Source: an uncultured virus (IMG/VR IMGVR_UViG_3300034684_000231)
Lineage: Duplodnaviria; Heunggongvirae; Uroviricota; Caudoviricetes
IMG/VR virus record: IMGVR_UViG_3300034684_000231
Length of the DNA stretch: 63,248 bases
Direction: 5' to 3' (one strand)
Positions 43,191 through 53,712 of this stretch are shown in pieces; the first letter of the stretch is position 1, and the number at the start of each line of letters is the position of its first letter. The translations under genes and the position numbers were made by a program. The notes beneath the pieces are model-generated. The model was not told the DNA's origin. It saw nothing but the letters and a program-made list of their open reading frames with translations, and made no database searches.

Positions 43191-43322
43191 TTTAAGATAA
43201 AAAATGCTGCCGACATACTTTATGATATGGTAGATAGATTACCAGATGGCACAAAGGGAAAGTAAAACAACGTAAAACAGATTTTAGATTTTGAATAAAG
43301 AAATTTGAAGGGAGGAGATAAT

Positions 43323-43508
43323 ATGACTGTTTATGATTTGACGGACTTACATGACTTATTCGACGGGAGAGATGTATATCTCTTAATTAGAGCTAAGAAT
43401 GAAGAAGTTTTAAAAGAACTTTATGATATGATTGACGAAGCTTTTAAAGAGGGAGAACTTTCTTCGTTAGACTTTAAAATTTATTTAGTAACAACAGAGG
43501 AGGTATAA
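43323..43508 (+). CDS. Hypothetical protein
   Basis: SD GGAGG. Confidence 0.6.
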   Translation: MTVYDLTDLHDLFDGRDVYLLIRAKNEEVLKELYDMIDEAFKEGELSSLDFKIYLVTTEEV

Positions 43509-43509
43509 C

Positions 43510-43755
43510 ATGAGTGCAAATAGGCAGAGGACAATATTTTTAAACTTTTTGAATTTTTTAAGGGATAGTAGGAAAGAAACTGACAAAGAACTTTACAAGT
43601 TAATATCAAAATTAAAATATCTGGCTACTGAATATGAAGATGATAAAAAACGCGAGGGAGCATTTGATGAGCTTGAAGACAAGATTTTGCGATTTGAATA
43701 CCTGACATGGTTTGAGGGATATCTAACGGCACAGTTTGAAGAAAAGTTTAAATAA
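43510..43755 (+). CDS. Hypothetical protein
   Basis: SD GGAGG; terminator follows. Confidence 0.6.
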   Translation: MSANRQRTIFLNFLNFLRDSRKETDKELYKLISKLKYLATEYEDDKKREGAFDELEDKILRFEYLTWFEGYLTAQFEEKFK

Positions 43756-43911
43756 ATAGTTGTAAATAATACAAATCCTCCCTCTTTTAAGGGAGGATTT
43801 TTTTAAAAAAGTAAACGTTGAATGAAATTAACTCAGTCGGGTGAACAGCCCGACTTTGTTGTATAATTATTATACGGAAAACAAATCTAAAAAATGAGGG
43901 GGTATAAAAAT

Positions 43912-44154
43912 ATGTTTGAAGAAATTTATAGAGAAATAGCATATAAGCCTATCGATAAAATGTCAAAACGTGAGCTTGATTTATTTATTTTTTTTCTTGA
44001 AAACTTATCAATTCAAGATAGATTACGCCGCTTAATAAGCGCTATAAACGCAGGCATGCCGATAACTGAGGAAGATATAAAAGAATATTTGGGAATTTCA
44101 AACAAAGTTAAGGTAAAAGGCCACCGGGCTGACCCGCATAACAAATCAGAATAA
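43912..44154 (+). CDS. Hypothetical protein
   Basis: ORF with SD and upstream TATAAT. Confidence 0.55.
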   Translation: MFEEIYREIAYKPIDKMSKRELDLFIFFLENLSIQDRLRRLISAINAGMPITEEDIKEYLGISNKVKVKGHRADPHNKSE

Positions 44155-44164
44155 ATACCGAGTT

Positions 44165-44353
44165 ATGTTAAGCGGTTATGATAACGAACTTTACAGCAAA
44201 CTAGAACGTCACGGCTGGAAAAAGTTCGAATTTAAAATTACCAGCGCCGCCGTTGGACGAACCAAACACGCAAAATTAAAAGGCGACGGTGTATTTAAAG
44301 ACAAGCCTGAACACGTTCGTGTCGAATGTATTTGGATAAATTACGCAATCTAA
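44165..44353 (+). pseudogene. C-terminal fragment of a Dam-like DNA adenine methyltransferase
   Basis: MLSGYDNELY...GW...VECIWINY is the typical C terminus of D12-class N6-MTases; no SAM-binding or DPPY motif upstream. Confidence 0.7.
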
Positions 44354-44394
44354 AACGGGGATGGATCCAATGAAGAGGAAAAGGAGGTTTAAAA

Positions 44395-44817
44395 ATGTTT
44401 AAAAACGATGATAAAAATGAATTAGAAAATAAAATTAACAACATACACAATAATATGTTTGAGATAATTGCATTATTAAAAGATAAACTAAAAAAAGCAT
44501 TAAAAGAATTTTTGGATAAATATAATAATATTGAATATTATTCTGTTTTTGTAACTAAATGGCAAACTGAATTACGCAATGACGAACCATATTCTGTTAT
44601 TGAACTTACATTATTGTTGCATGAACATCTAACATATATGCAACGTAAAAATTTTTTCAAAGAATTTGAAGATTTTGAATGTGAATTACAAGATGAATAT
44701 TCTAATTTGGTAATAGTTGTTAATGCTGAAAATCTCGATAACAAAGAAGAATTTATTTGTAGGAGAAACACTCACATTGATTGGAATTATCTAATTGTAG
44801 AAAAGTTTGATATTTAG
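44395..44817 (+). CDS. Hypothetical protein (ends in TAG)
   Basis: SD AGGAGG. Confidence 0.65.
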   Translation: MFKNDDKNELENKINNIHNNMFEIIALLKDKLKKALKEFLDKYNNIEYYSVFVTKWQTELRNDEPYSVIELTLLLHEHLTYMQRKNFFKEFEDFECELQDEYSNLVIVVNAENLDNKEEFICRRNTHIDWNYLIVEKFDI

Positions 44818-44904
44818 GATGGAATTATACATCTTGTAGAAGCGGAGGCTTGCAAAAGCCTTAGTTGACTACCCTAACGTTAATGTTCGAAAGGAGGGTA
44901 AATT

Positions 44905-45405
44905 ATGAGTAAAATGAGGATATTTGTTCAAAATTTGTGTGAATATAACAAAGGTAAAACAATTGGCAAATGGTTAGATTTACCATTTACAAGAGAGGAA
45001 TTTGAAGCAACTTTAAAAGAAATTGGTGTCGATGGTGTAACATGTGAAGAATGGTTTATCGCTGATCATGAGAACTTTCCATTTAATATCGGAGAACATG
45101 TGGATCTTGAATATTTACTTAGACTTTCTAAATTAATAAGTGAAAAAGGGTTTGAGGAAGCATATGCAGTAGGTTATGGCGTAGTTGATTGGGAAGAATG
45201 GTTAGGTACATTAGAAAACGATGAGTATGTTTTTCATAAAGGCATGAATTTGGAAGATGTTGCGTATGCACTTTTAGAAGAATTCATACCATCTGTTATT
45301 TTTAAACATATATCTAGTTATATTGATTACAAAAAATATGCTCGTGATTTAGAACTTGATATGTATTTTGAAACACCATATGGTGTTGTTCGTTTGGATT
45401 ATTAA
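44905..45405 (+). CDS. ardA: ArdA antirestriction protein
   Basis: IFVQNLCEYNKGKTIGKWLDLP, EEWFIADHE, YIDYKKYARDL; acidic. Confidence 0.9.
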   Translation: MSKMRIFVQNLCEYNKGKTIGKWLDLPFTREEFEATLKEIGVDGVTCEEWFIADHENFPFNIGEHVDLEYLLRLSKLISEKGFEEAYAVGYGVVDWEEWLGTLENDEYVFHKGMNLEDVAYALLEEFIPSVIFKHISSYIDYKKYARDLELDMYFETPYGVVRLDY

Positions 45406-45420
45406 AAAAGGGGGGATAGT

Positions 45421-45711
45421 ATGATAGTTGGTGTACATACAAAGTCCATTGAAGACGCTAAACGTTTGCAATATCTATTGACGCAAATGTCAAAGAATGA
45501 GTTAGCCGATATACAAATCAAAGATATAGAAATATATCTAATAATTAATGCATTTGATTTAGAACAAACTCGTCGACTTGCAGAAAGATTTGGTATCAGT
45601 ATTTGGGATGTATATTTGGAATGGTTGGATTTTGAAGGAGATTCTTTAAGTGAATTTGAAGATTTTTTAGAAGAAAAATATGATTTGTCAGACGAAGACG
45701 ACGAAGATTAA
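45421..45711 (+). CDS. Small acidic protein, paralog of 57540..57785
   Basis: WLDFEGDSLSEF versus WLKFEGDSISEF. Confidence 0.7.
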   Translation: MIVGVHTKSIEDAKRLQYLLTQMSKNELADIQIKDIEIYLIINAFDLEQTRRLAERFGISIWDVYLEWLDFEGDSLSEFEDFLEEKYDLSDEDDED

Positions 45712-46131
45712 TGTAAGGCAAGTCACGGCTGAATTTAATATTATTAAGAGCTCGCATCGCGCGGGCTTTTTAATTTTAAGGAGGCGAAAGTATGTTCATA
45801 GGTATTTTTGTCACCGAAAAAGGAGTTGAGGTTGTATGCTGCAAAATAAACATATAGTAATAACATCAAGAACAGAAATTATGGAATTAGAGCAAGATGC
45901 ATTATTGTTTTTTCAAATACTAACAAAATATGTTTGGAGTCCAGAAAAGAGACAGTGGCAACAGTATGTATATGCTAAACACGGAAGTTCAGTAGAACTT
46001 ATGGAAGAACGTTGGATAACCGCAGACATCAAAGAAGCAATGCGAAGGGATATACTGCGTGCGGAAAAATTAACGGTTATCAACGGAAAACGTGTGTGTA
46101 AAATCAAAAATATTAAATAAGGAGGTATAAT

Positions 46132-46527
46132 ATGTATAACGACACAAAATTCAAACAATTTAAAATTAAAGCCAGTTATAAAGGGAATAAAAAGGCTTCT
46201 TGGGGTGATAACTGGAATAATTACATGATAACAGTTACCAACACAGAAACAGATCAAAAAATCACTTTTGAATTTTGGGCAAGTATAGCAAACCCAGAAT
46301 TAAAAACGGAATACGACATATTGAACGCCTTTTATTGCTTTGTATCCGATGCAATAGCTGGAAGTTATACTTTTGAAGAATTTTGCAGCGAATTTGGTTA
46401 TAACAACGATAGCCGACAAGCTGAAAAAATTTACAAGAAATGTAAAAAACAGCTTGAAAAGCTAAAGAAAATTTATGACGGCGATATATACGAATTGGCA
46501 AATAAACTTCAAGAAGTGGCAGATTAA
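46132..46527 (+). CDS. Conserved phage hypothetical protein
   Basis: SDAIAGSYTFEEFCSEFGYNNDSR motif; SD. Confidence 0.7.
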   Translation: MYNDTKFKQFKIKASYKGNKKASWGDNWNNYMITVTNTETDQKITFEFWASIANPELKTEYDILNAFYCFVSDAIAGSYTFEEFCSEFGYNNDSRQAEKIYKKCKKQLEKLKKIYDGDIYELANKLQEVAD

Positions 46528-46862
46528 ATAATAAATGGCGTAAATCAAAGTAGCAAAAAGCGTAAATCTTTTTAAAGAAGTTGGGGTCTCCACGCCTTAA
46601 TTTTGATGATGAACATAAGGAGGGGGAAAAACATGGATTCACCATTTGCAACCTTAATTGCTTTGATAGGTATGATATTATTCTTCTCATCATTTGTTGT
46701 AGGTATATTTAATAGTAGACTTGCATTAATATTGTTTTTTGTAGGAGCTTTTTTAATGTGGGCTGTTTTAATGATGTCTTACTAACTTAAACCAACTGTT
46801 TGCTCGCTTTTACTTTTCACTTAATCTGTACTTTTAATAATACAATATAGGAGGTATGTAAG

Positions 46863-47084
46863 ATGTATATATTAGGCGCAATAATTTCATTCATTGGCGT
46901 TGGTATTGTAATTGCAGGTTTCGTGTATGTGGGAAAAATCGTAATATACAATATAAAGGATTTGAATAATGAGTATGTACCAATAGATAAATGGGATCAT
47001 GACAAACATGTGAGTTATATTCTACTGGGTGTAGGACTTGCATTGATGTTAATAGGATTAATTGTTATGTCTTTTGTTAATTAA
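46863..47084 (+). CDS. Small two-TM membrane protein
   Basis: Two hydrophobic segments; SD. Confidence 0.6.
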   Translation: MYILGAIISFIGVGIVIAGFVYVGKIVIYNIKDLNNEYVPIDKWDHDKHVSYILLGVGLALMLIGLIVMSFVN

Positions 47085-47098
47085 AGGAGGATGGATAT

Positions 47099-47410
47099 AT
47101 GACGAAACTTATTCCAGTAATGATTAACCTGCAAGATCCAGAAAATTGGAAAAAACTTCAGGAAATATTAAAGGTTAATCCCAAAACAACGTTGATTGTA
47201 AATCAAAAGAAATTAAAGCTTCTTATATTCAACGATGAATTGAAGCTTCCAATTGATATGTTTAAATCTGACAAAGAAATTATCACAGATCTAAATATTA
47301 AAACGTATTTAAGCATCAAAAAGACAAAACAATATTGGACTGTTAAATTCAATAAACAAAAAGTAGCAACAGAAGAATTAGAAGCAATAGCAATGGCTGC
47401 AGAATCTTAA
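47099..47410 (+). CDS. Hypothetical protein
   Basis: SD AGGAGG. Confidence 0.65.
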   Translation: MTKLIPVMINLQDPENWKKLQEILKVNPKTTLIVNQKKLKLLIFNDELKLPIDMFKSDKEIITDLNIKTYLSIKKTKQYWTVKFNKQKVATEELEAIAMAAES

Positions 47411-47422
47411 GGAGGTGCATTT

Positions 47423-47911
47423 ATGTTTAAACAGTACATCTTAGACGGCTGGAAAAAATGGGGAAATCACATATTAGAAATAACAAAAGAATAGGAAGTT
47501 GATCCGGCATTAGTAGGCACAATAATTACAATAGAATCATCCTGGAAACCAGATTAGAGAACGAATTGGGCAAGAGGGCTTATGGGAATTTCTAAGTCTG
47601 CTGTAGAAGATGTCAACAGAATATACAATTTTTCTTTCACATATGATGATATGTTTGAGCCAAAAAAGAATATTACAACCGGTATTTATTATATTCGATA
47701 TATCAATACATACTTCTTACAAGAAATTCCAACTGAAGTAAAAATTATATACATAGGCCTTGCGTATAATGCGGGCATAGGATTTGCAAAAGAATTCTTT
47801 AACGAAACAAGCATGTACAATGCACTTAAAATTATTCCGCAGGAAACACAATACTATGTTTGGAAGATTGCATACTTATACCCAGTATGGAAAGCATTTT
47901 TAAGTAAATAA
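47423..47911 (+). CDS. Soluble lytic transglycosylase (SLT), 162 aa, 2 TAGs
   Basis: SD AAGGAGG, ATG at 47423; VDPALV..IESSWKPD*R..ARGLMGI..NI..G..Y..LAYNAG..PQETQYYV; TAGs at 47492 and 47555. Confidence 0.9.
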
Positions 47912-47992
47912 TCTCTTTCATCCTACCATCTCATTCGTCTATAGCCATGGCACCCGTTAAAGGGTGCCTTTTGTTTTTGGGAGGTGATTTAT

Positions 47993-48268
47993 ATGTTAGT
48001 TGTTCTAACAAGCGTTTCGTTATTAGCTATGTTTTCAATATGGATTTACCAGTTAAGATCAACGGCAAAAAACATTCTTGGTTGGAAACCGCTCAATGCG
48101 TTAATTGAGTTCATAAGGTTAGGCATTGATATAGGTATATTCTTCTTAACTTTGCTTTTTGTTGGCGGAACAGCCTTTGGCCTACAGGTAGCTGCAATCT
48201 TGAATATAGGCTCCAGTTTAATTGTGCAACTAATGATAAAAAATAGGAAGGCTAAAAGCAGTACATAG
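47993..48268 (+). CDS. Membrane protein (possible holin), ends in TAG
   Basis: Three hydrophobic segments, basic tail. Confidence 0.55.
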   Translation: MLVVLTSVSLLAMFSIWIYQLRSTAKNILGWKPLNALIEFIRLGIDIGIFFLTLLFVGGTAFGLQVAAILNIGSSLIVQLMIKNRKAKSST

Positions 48269-48291
48269 ATTTTAGATTTTAAAAGAAGGGG

Positions 48292-48412
48292 GTGGGATCA
48301 AGAATCGCGGAATTTCCGCAGATAGGCAACTATGAGCTGCGGAAACAATTAGCTATTTAAATAGGTAAAGTAATATTTTTTTGCGTTACGCATTATATTA
48401 ACACAACACAAA
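48292..48412 (+). ncRNA. Structured leader / candidate ncRNA, copy 1
   Basis: TTTCCGCAG..CTGCGGAAA stem with an internal GCAA-loop hairpin; sequence blocks shared with 57160..57285. Confidence 0.45.
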
Positions 48413-48425
48413 GGGAGGGAGTTAT

Positions 48426-49520
48426 ATGGCAACAACAAATGAATTGTTTGAAATACTTCCAGAAATTATGAAGAACGGTGAAGTACCAATGTTGGTTGGA
48501 CACGCTGGTGTTGGTAAAACTGAAGTAATAAGAGCAATAGGTAGAAAATACAATAGGGAAGTAATAGTACTAGCATTGTCTCAGATGGAGCCAGGGGATT
48601 TGATAGGTATGCCATCAAGAGAGGGAAACAGAACTGTATGGCTCCAACCAGAATGGTGGCCACAAAATGGTAATACAATTATATTCTTAGACGAAATTAA
48701 CAGATCTCACGAAACTGTAAGAGCTGCAATTATGCAACTTCTATTAGATAAAAGACTCAATACACATGTGCTTCCAGAAGGTACATGGCTTGTAGCAGCC
48801 ATGAATCCAGAAACAGATGAGTACGAAGTAAACATGACAATTGACCAAGCATATATCGATAGATTTGTTTGGTTAAAGGTAATAAATAAATTTGACGAAT
48901 GGAAAAACTTTGCGAATGCAAATCTGGGATCTAAAGGAAGACAATATGTAATGGCGCTAGACAATGTTTATAAACTTGAATCAGAATCTTTCCAAATGAA
49001 TTCTAATTTTGAACTTCCAAATATTGTGCCAACTCCAAGAGCACATTTCAGAGTTGCTAAGCTATATCAAAACATAGACAAACAAGTCTGGGAAAAATAT
49101 GGATATGAGATATTACAAGGTACAATTGGAAAGAAATATGCAAGTATTATAATGAAGCAACTTAAAGAACTGAATGAAGTATCACTAACAGTAGAAGATA
49201 TTCTTGAAAATAGAATAGATAAGATTAAACATGCTAAACATCAATCAAGAATTAATGCAATTTCTCAATTAGTAAACTATTTAATTGACAATCCAGAACT
49301 TTCAAATGAACAAATCAATAATATGGTAAAATCCCTTAAGCTTTTCAACAAAGAAGAACTTGGTGTACTTATAAGATCATCATATGACAATAAAGAATTT
49401 CGACAGATAATGAATAAATTGCAAAACAGGAACGAAGAATTAGAAAAATTCATTGTGGAATTATTGGTTGGTTCCAATATAGATGATATCGATCTAGAAG
49501 CATTTAGCAAAATTCTTTAA
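48426..49520 (+). CDS. MoxR-like AAA+ ATPase
   Basis: GHAGVGKT, EPGDLIGMP, IFLDEINRS, VAAMNP, DRF, PTPR. Confidence 0.92.
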   Translation: MATTNELFEILPEIMKNGEVPMLVGHAGVGKTEVIRAIGRKYNREVIVLALSQMEPGDLIGMPSREGNRTVWLQPEWWPQNGNTIIFLDEINRSHETVRAAIMQLLLDKRLNTHVLPEGTWLVAAMNPETDEYEVNMTIDQAYIDRFVWLKVINKFDEWKNFANANLGSKGRQYVMALDNVYKLESESFQMNSNFELPNIVPTPRAHFRVAKLYQNIDKQVWEKYGYEILQGTIGKKYASIIMKQLKELNEVSLTVEDILENRIDKIKHAKHQSRINAISQLVNYLIDNPELSNEQINNMVKSLKLFNKEELGVLIRSSYDNKEFRQIMNKLQNRNEELEKFIVELLVGSNIDDIDLEAFSKIL

Positions 49521-49578
49521 ATCATAAAACGGCAACCGTATTGGCCGGTTGCCTTATTTTTCAATGGGGGTGATAGGA

Positions 49579-51045
49579 ATGAATAAAGAGGAAATACTTG
49601 AGCTAACAAGGCAAGCACTTGCAATAGGCGTAAGTGCATTTAAATATGGAGACAATTTAAAAGAAGAATTAATATTCAATATTGTGGTTTCAAAATTAAA
49701 CGAAATTAAAATAGACGACTCTACAGATCCGAAAGCCCCACTTGCATATGTTGGATTAAGCAGAAAAGGAATTAACCTATATTTAAACCCTTTTAAAATA
49801 TTAGATACATACAAATATGCGTACGAAGATATACAAGATCTAGAAGAAAGACGCAACATTATGTTAGCAATCTTAAGAGGCGTTCTTAAACACGAAATGC
49901 TACATGTTATGTTAAAACATCTTATCAATTATCCAAAACGTTCTAATCATATGTTGGCTAATATAGTACAGGATGCAATTATTAATTCTTATATAAAAGA
50001 GTTCGAATATTTAAATTTACGAGTTTCTACACCAGAAAAATCACTTGAAATACAAACAAATAATAAAAACAACTTAATACCGGCCAAATTCGATACACAA
50101 AAGATAAATAATGAAGTTCCAGGAATATTTATGCTATCTAAACATGCATACTATCGTGATTTTACATGGGAAGAATACTATGATTATCTTAAAGACAAGC
50201 TTCCGCAAGAGACTATAGTTGATCTATCACTAAGCTATGATAACGGCAGTAACAACAGCGATTCTGAAGATTCACAATCTCAAAGCAATAGTAGTAGCGA
50301 TGGTTCAGAAACGAGCAACGGTATTGGTAATAATATTAAGAAAAACAATCCTCTTATTGGAGATACTAAACCATGCGATCCTAGTGAAATAGGTGAACAA
50401 ACTCTTGGCGAACTTGACAATTTAATTAAAGAAGTAATCGAAAGAACAAAAGGTACTAAATTAGGTAACTTAGTTGAGGAAATATATATTAAAACTAAAA
50501 AGAAAGAAGCAATAAGTTGGAGAAATATACTCAAAAAGAGCTTTGCAAACGGAAGCAGAATAATTCGTAAATACAGTATTAAAAGATTCGATAGAAGATT
50601 TGATATTCCGCCAGGCCCAAAAATGAAATATGTAGGTGGAATAGTTAGAGTATTAATAGATTCAAGCGGATCAGTCTCTTCAAAAGAAATAGAAGAATTT
50701 TTGTCAGAACTCTATATATTGTCCAAAAAATATGGATATCAAGTTGATGGATATTTCTACGATTATGGACTGCAAAACCATTTTACAGAAAAAGATATAA
50801 AGAAAAAGCGACTACACGTAGAAGGAAGAGGCGGCACTTCAGTGCTTAAAGCATTAAAACAATTAGATCAGTCAAAAAAAGCAAAAATAATGATTATAGC
50901 AACAGACGGACATGATAGTCCGCCGAAACGTGAAGATATAAATGCAGAAAAAGTGGTATTTCTGTTAACTAAAAATCACAGTAATATATTTAAGACAACT
51001 GTTTCAAAATATGCTATTGTCGGAGTTATTAACAACGATGATTAA
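49579..51045 (+). CDS. Metallopeptidase-like plus vWA domain protein (DUF2201 type)
   Basis: VLKHEMLHVMLKH (HExxH), NIVQDAIIN, Ser-rich linker, MIDAS IDSSGS, GRGGT, ATDG. Confidence 0.9.
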   Translation: MNKEEILELTRQALAIGVSAFKYGDNLKEELIFNIVVSKLNEIKIDDSTDPKAPLAYVGLSRKGINLYLNPFKILDTYKYAYEDIQDLEERRNIMLAILRGVLKHEMLHVMLKHLINYPKRSNHMLANIVQDAIINSYIKEFEYLNLRVSTPEKSLEIQTNNKNNLIPAKFDTQKINNEVPGIFMLSKHAYYRDFTWEEYYDYLKDKLPQETIVDLSLSYDNGSNNSDSEDSQSQSNSSSDGSETSNGIGNNIKKNNPLIGDTKPCDPSEIGEQTLGELDNLIKEVIERTKGTKLGNLVEEIYIKTKKKEAISWRNILKKSFANGSRIIRKYSIKRFDRRFDIPPGPKMKYVGGIVRVLIDSSGSVSSKEIEEFLSELYILSKKYGYQVDGYFYDYGLQNHFTEKDIKKKRLHVEGRGGTSVLKALKQLDQSKKAKIMIIATDGHDSPPKREDINAEKVVFLLTKNHSNIFKTTVSKYAIVGVINNDD

Positions 51046-51057
51046 GGAGTGATATAT

Positions 51058-51384
51058 ATGTTTCCAACCAAACGTGTATATAAACACATGTCGAAAAGTA
51101 AAAACGGGCATGTGCTTTTAAAATACTTTAAAGAGCTGATGAAACACAAATCTGCAAAGTCATATATATTAATATCATTTATAGTCTTTTATATTCTTGA
51201 CCCATTTGATGTTATTCCAGATTTTGCACCAGCAATAGGATTCTTAGACGACTTAACTGCAATACTGATAGGAATAGAAACACTTAGAAGAAATGAAGGT
51301 ATCAAAGAATTTAAGAAAGAATTTAAATTTAAGGTAAATCAATTAAAGGAAAGATTAATACAACACAATACAAATGAGAGGTGA
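51058..51384 (+). CDS. YkvA/DUF1232 membrane protein
   Basis: YILDPFDVIPDFAPAIGFLDD. Confidence 0.85.
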   Translation: MFPTKRVYKHMSKSKNGHVLLKYFKELMKHKSAKSYILISFIVFYILDPFDVIPDFAPAIGFLDDLTAILIGIETLRRNEGIKEFKKEFKFKVNQLKERLIQHNTNER

Positions 51385-51388
51385 AAAT

Positions 51389-52117
51389 ATGCAATTATTT
51401 AATTTTCAATATCTAGGAAAAGTGCTTATATCAGATTCGGTTCCTAAGAATTTTACTGGCGTTCAATTCGGTAATGACGTTTTTTTGTTTGCTAAATATC
51501 ATAAGCCAAACGATAACTCTTCTAAAATTATGAACATAGAAAACATAATTAGTAAAATAGATAAAAATAAGTACTTAACGCTAATTAAAGCATATGCAAA
51601 TGGACATGTTGTATGGGAAATAGATACTCATGGATCTAGTAAATCGCACGAATATATACCTTTTTTATCACAGAGAGCTCTTTTGCTAACTTGTTCTATG
51701 TTATCAAGATTATTAACTCCGAATACTATAAAGGTATTTTTGTTGACGGAATTGAGACACAAGATATTTAAAGATTTTAATAGAATATCTGATTCCAATA
51801 AAAGTCAATTTTATGATTTTGCTCAAAAGATAGTATTAGTACAGTACGATACTGGAAATACAAATATGGGAATAATTACAAATCTTTATAACAGAAGCGG
51901 CAACGGAGAAGCAAGGATTGTCAATAATGTTACTCCAATTAAAGCTTTTTTCAATGAGCGCGATCGTATAGAATTAATAGCTTTAAAAAGGATTAAACAT
52001 GAAATAACACAGATCAAAATCATGTCATATTCAAATTACGTAGATATTGTTGAAAGCACAGCTTCGATTATTGGTAAGAGAACATTTAGGAAATTCAAGG
52101 AAAGTATAACTGTTTAA
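51389..52117 (+). CDS. Hypothetical protein
   Basis: ORF within the operon, SD GAGGTG. Confidence 0.7.
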   Translation: MQLFNFQYLGKVLISDSVPKNFTGVQFGNDVFLFAKYHKPNDNSSKIMNIENIISKIDKNKYLTLIKAYANGHVVWEIDTHGSSKSHEYIPFLSQRALLLTCSMLSRLLTPNTIKVFLLTELRHKIFKDFNRISDSNKSQFYDFAQKIVLVQYDTGNTNMGIITNLYNRSGNGEARIVNNVTPIKAFFNERDRIELIALKRIKHEITQIKIMSYSNYVDIVESTASIIGKRTFRKFKESITV

Positions 52118-52147
52118 TAAAAGCACAACACAAAGGAGGTCGAGAAT

Positions 52148-53170
52148 ATGGCAGTTACTGCCTATACTACATATGATGTTTCTGTAATACTAGAGGAAGA
52201 GCCAAGGCTCTTGACATTCCTTGAGAAGATAAGAAATAGACTTTACACCGAATATTACATCAAAAAACGTTCTGGTGGAAAGAGAGAAATAAATACTTAT
52301 CTATATAAAGCCAAAAATAAGGAAGAAGAATATCCTTCAATAGAATTTAACAAGATTTATAACCTAGAAAAGCTTACAGATGCATCATTGAAGTTAAAAG
52401 AAATCCACACAAAGATAAATAATAGAATATTTAAAGAGTTAACATTCCCCGAATCCGTTCACGGTTTTATTCCGGGCAAATCGATTCTAAGTGCCGCAAA
52501 ACCGCATGTAGGCAAACGCTGGGTAATATCAATGGACCTTCACGACTTCTTTGGTTCAGTAAGAAGCAATTATATCTTGGAATCTTTAGTAAATAACTTT
52601 GGTTTCGGAAGAGAAGCCGCATGGCTTATTGCAAGACTTGTAGCTCATAAAAGAAGACTTCCGCAAGGGGCAGTTACTAGCCCCATGGCTTCAAATGTCG
52701 CGTTTTATAATGCAGATAAAGAAATTGAAGCATTTTGTCAGGAGCATAATATAACTTATACAAGATATGCAGACGACTTGATTTTTAGTTTCAATGATGA
52801 TTCATTAAAAGATAAAATCTTAAATAAGATTCCTGAAATAACAGAAAAACACGGATACAAGATTAATCATAAGAAAACAAAAGTATATGGGCCAACTCAA
52901 ATTCATTATGTGCTTGGTTATGTTGTTAATAGAAAACTTAATGTTAACAAAGAAACACGAAGACGTTTAGAGGCAGCAATTTATAATTTTGTACACAAGC
53001 ATCAAGTTCCATATCCAGTAAAGAACTATGTTAGATACAAACGCTCCTTAATCGGAAAAGCAACTCATATTCTTAATGCTAATCCAGATCTAACAAGACT
53101 TAGAAGATTCTTACAAGAGTTAAAGGAATTTGATCCAAATAAGCATGAATTCGAATACATATACATTTAA
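52148..53170 (+). CDS. Reverse transcriptase, retron-like
   Basis: IKKRSGGKREI, VHGFIPGKSILSAAKPH (region X-like), MDLHDFFGSV, LPQGAVTSP, YTRYADDLIFS, INHKKTK, VLGYVV (VTG-like region Y). Confidence 0.92.
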   Translation: MAVTAYTTYDVSVILEEEPRLLTFLEKIRNRLYTEYYIKKRSGGKREINTYLYKAKNKEEEYPSIEFNKIYNLEKLTDASLKLKEIHTKINNRIFKELTFPESVHGFIPGKSILSAAKPHVGKRWVISMDLHDFFGSVRSNYILESLVNNFGFGREAAWLIARLVAHKRRLPQGAVTSPMASNVAFYNADKEIEAFCQEHNITYTRYADDLIFSFNDDSLKDKILNKIPEITEKHGYKINHKKTKVYGPTQIHYVLGYVVNRKLNVNKETRRRLEAAIYNFVHKHQVPYPVKNYVRYKRSLIGKATHILNANPDLTRLRRFLQELKEFDPNKHEFEYIYI

Positions 53171-53183
53171 GGAGCAGATTAAT

Positions 53184-53711
53184 ATGGGGATAATAGCAAA
53201 AGGACACACAAAATATTTGCCACGTTCTATACGTGTTCCCATCGGCAATGATTTTGTTGAACTTAGTGTAGCATATGTAAACAAAACAATATTTAGAAGA
53301 CTTAAGTATTATGCAAAGAGCGCTAGCAGTTTTGATAGAATTGTACTCTTTAAAGGCACAAACAATAACGATAATTACGTGTTTATACCGGTCAAAAACA
53401 ATAGAATTGTAGATATATTAATGCACGGCATACTGCTATATACCAGTAATGACCAAAAAGTTTGGATAGAAAAACCTGTAAGAGCAATTGCCTGCGAAAT
53501 TAACAATGAACAGTTTATAATTCAAAAAGGCGGTATATTCCCAACAAAACTAGACAAATCAATATATTCTCTAGATAGTATAATGATAATCTTTTACAAC
53601 AATAAAGCATTTGTTAAACGTATTAGTGGCGGATACTTTTTCAAAGAAATATTTGATATGATCAATATAAGAACAATATATAAAGCGGTCAATAAAAAGA
53701 GGTGTATGTAA
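53184..53711 (+). CDS. Hypothetical protein
   Basis: Follows the RT gene; SD AAGGAG. Confidence 0.7.
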   Translation: MGIIAKGHTKYLPRSIRVPIGNDFVELSVAYVNKTIFRRLKYYAKSASSFDRIVLFKGTNNNDNYVFIPVKNNRIVDILMHGILLYTSNDQKVWIEKPVRAIACEINNEQFIIQKGGIFPTKLDKSIYSLDSIMIIFYNNKAFVKRISGGYFFKEIFDMINIRTIYKAVNKKRCM

Positions 53712-53712
53712 C

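Noticed and set aside
52148..53170. Diversity-generating retroelement or group II intron
   Set aside because: No TR/VR pair with adenine-specific mismatches or Avd gene noticed by eye; RT motifs are retron-like; no maturase domain or intron domain V seen. A self dot-plot would be the definitive test.
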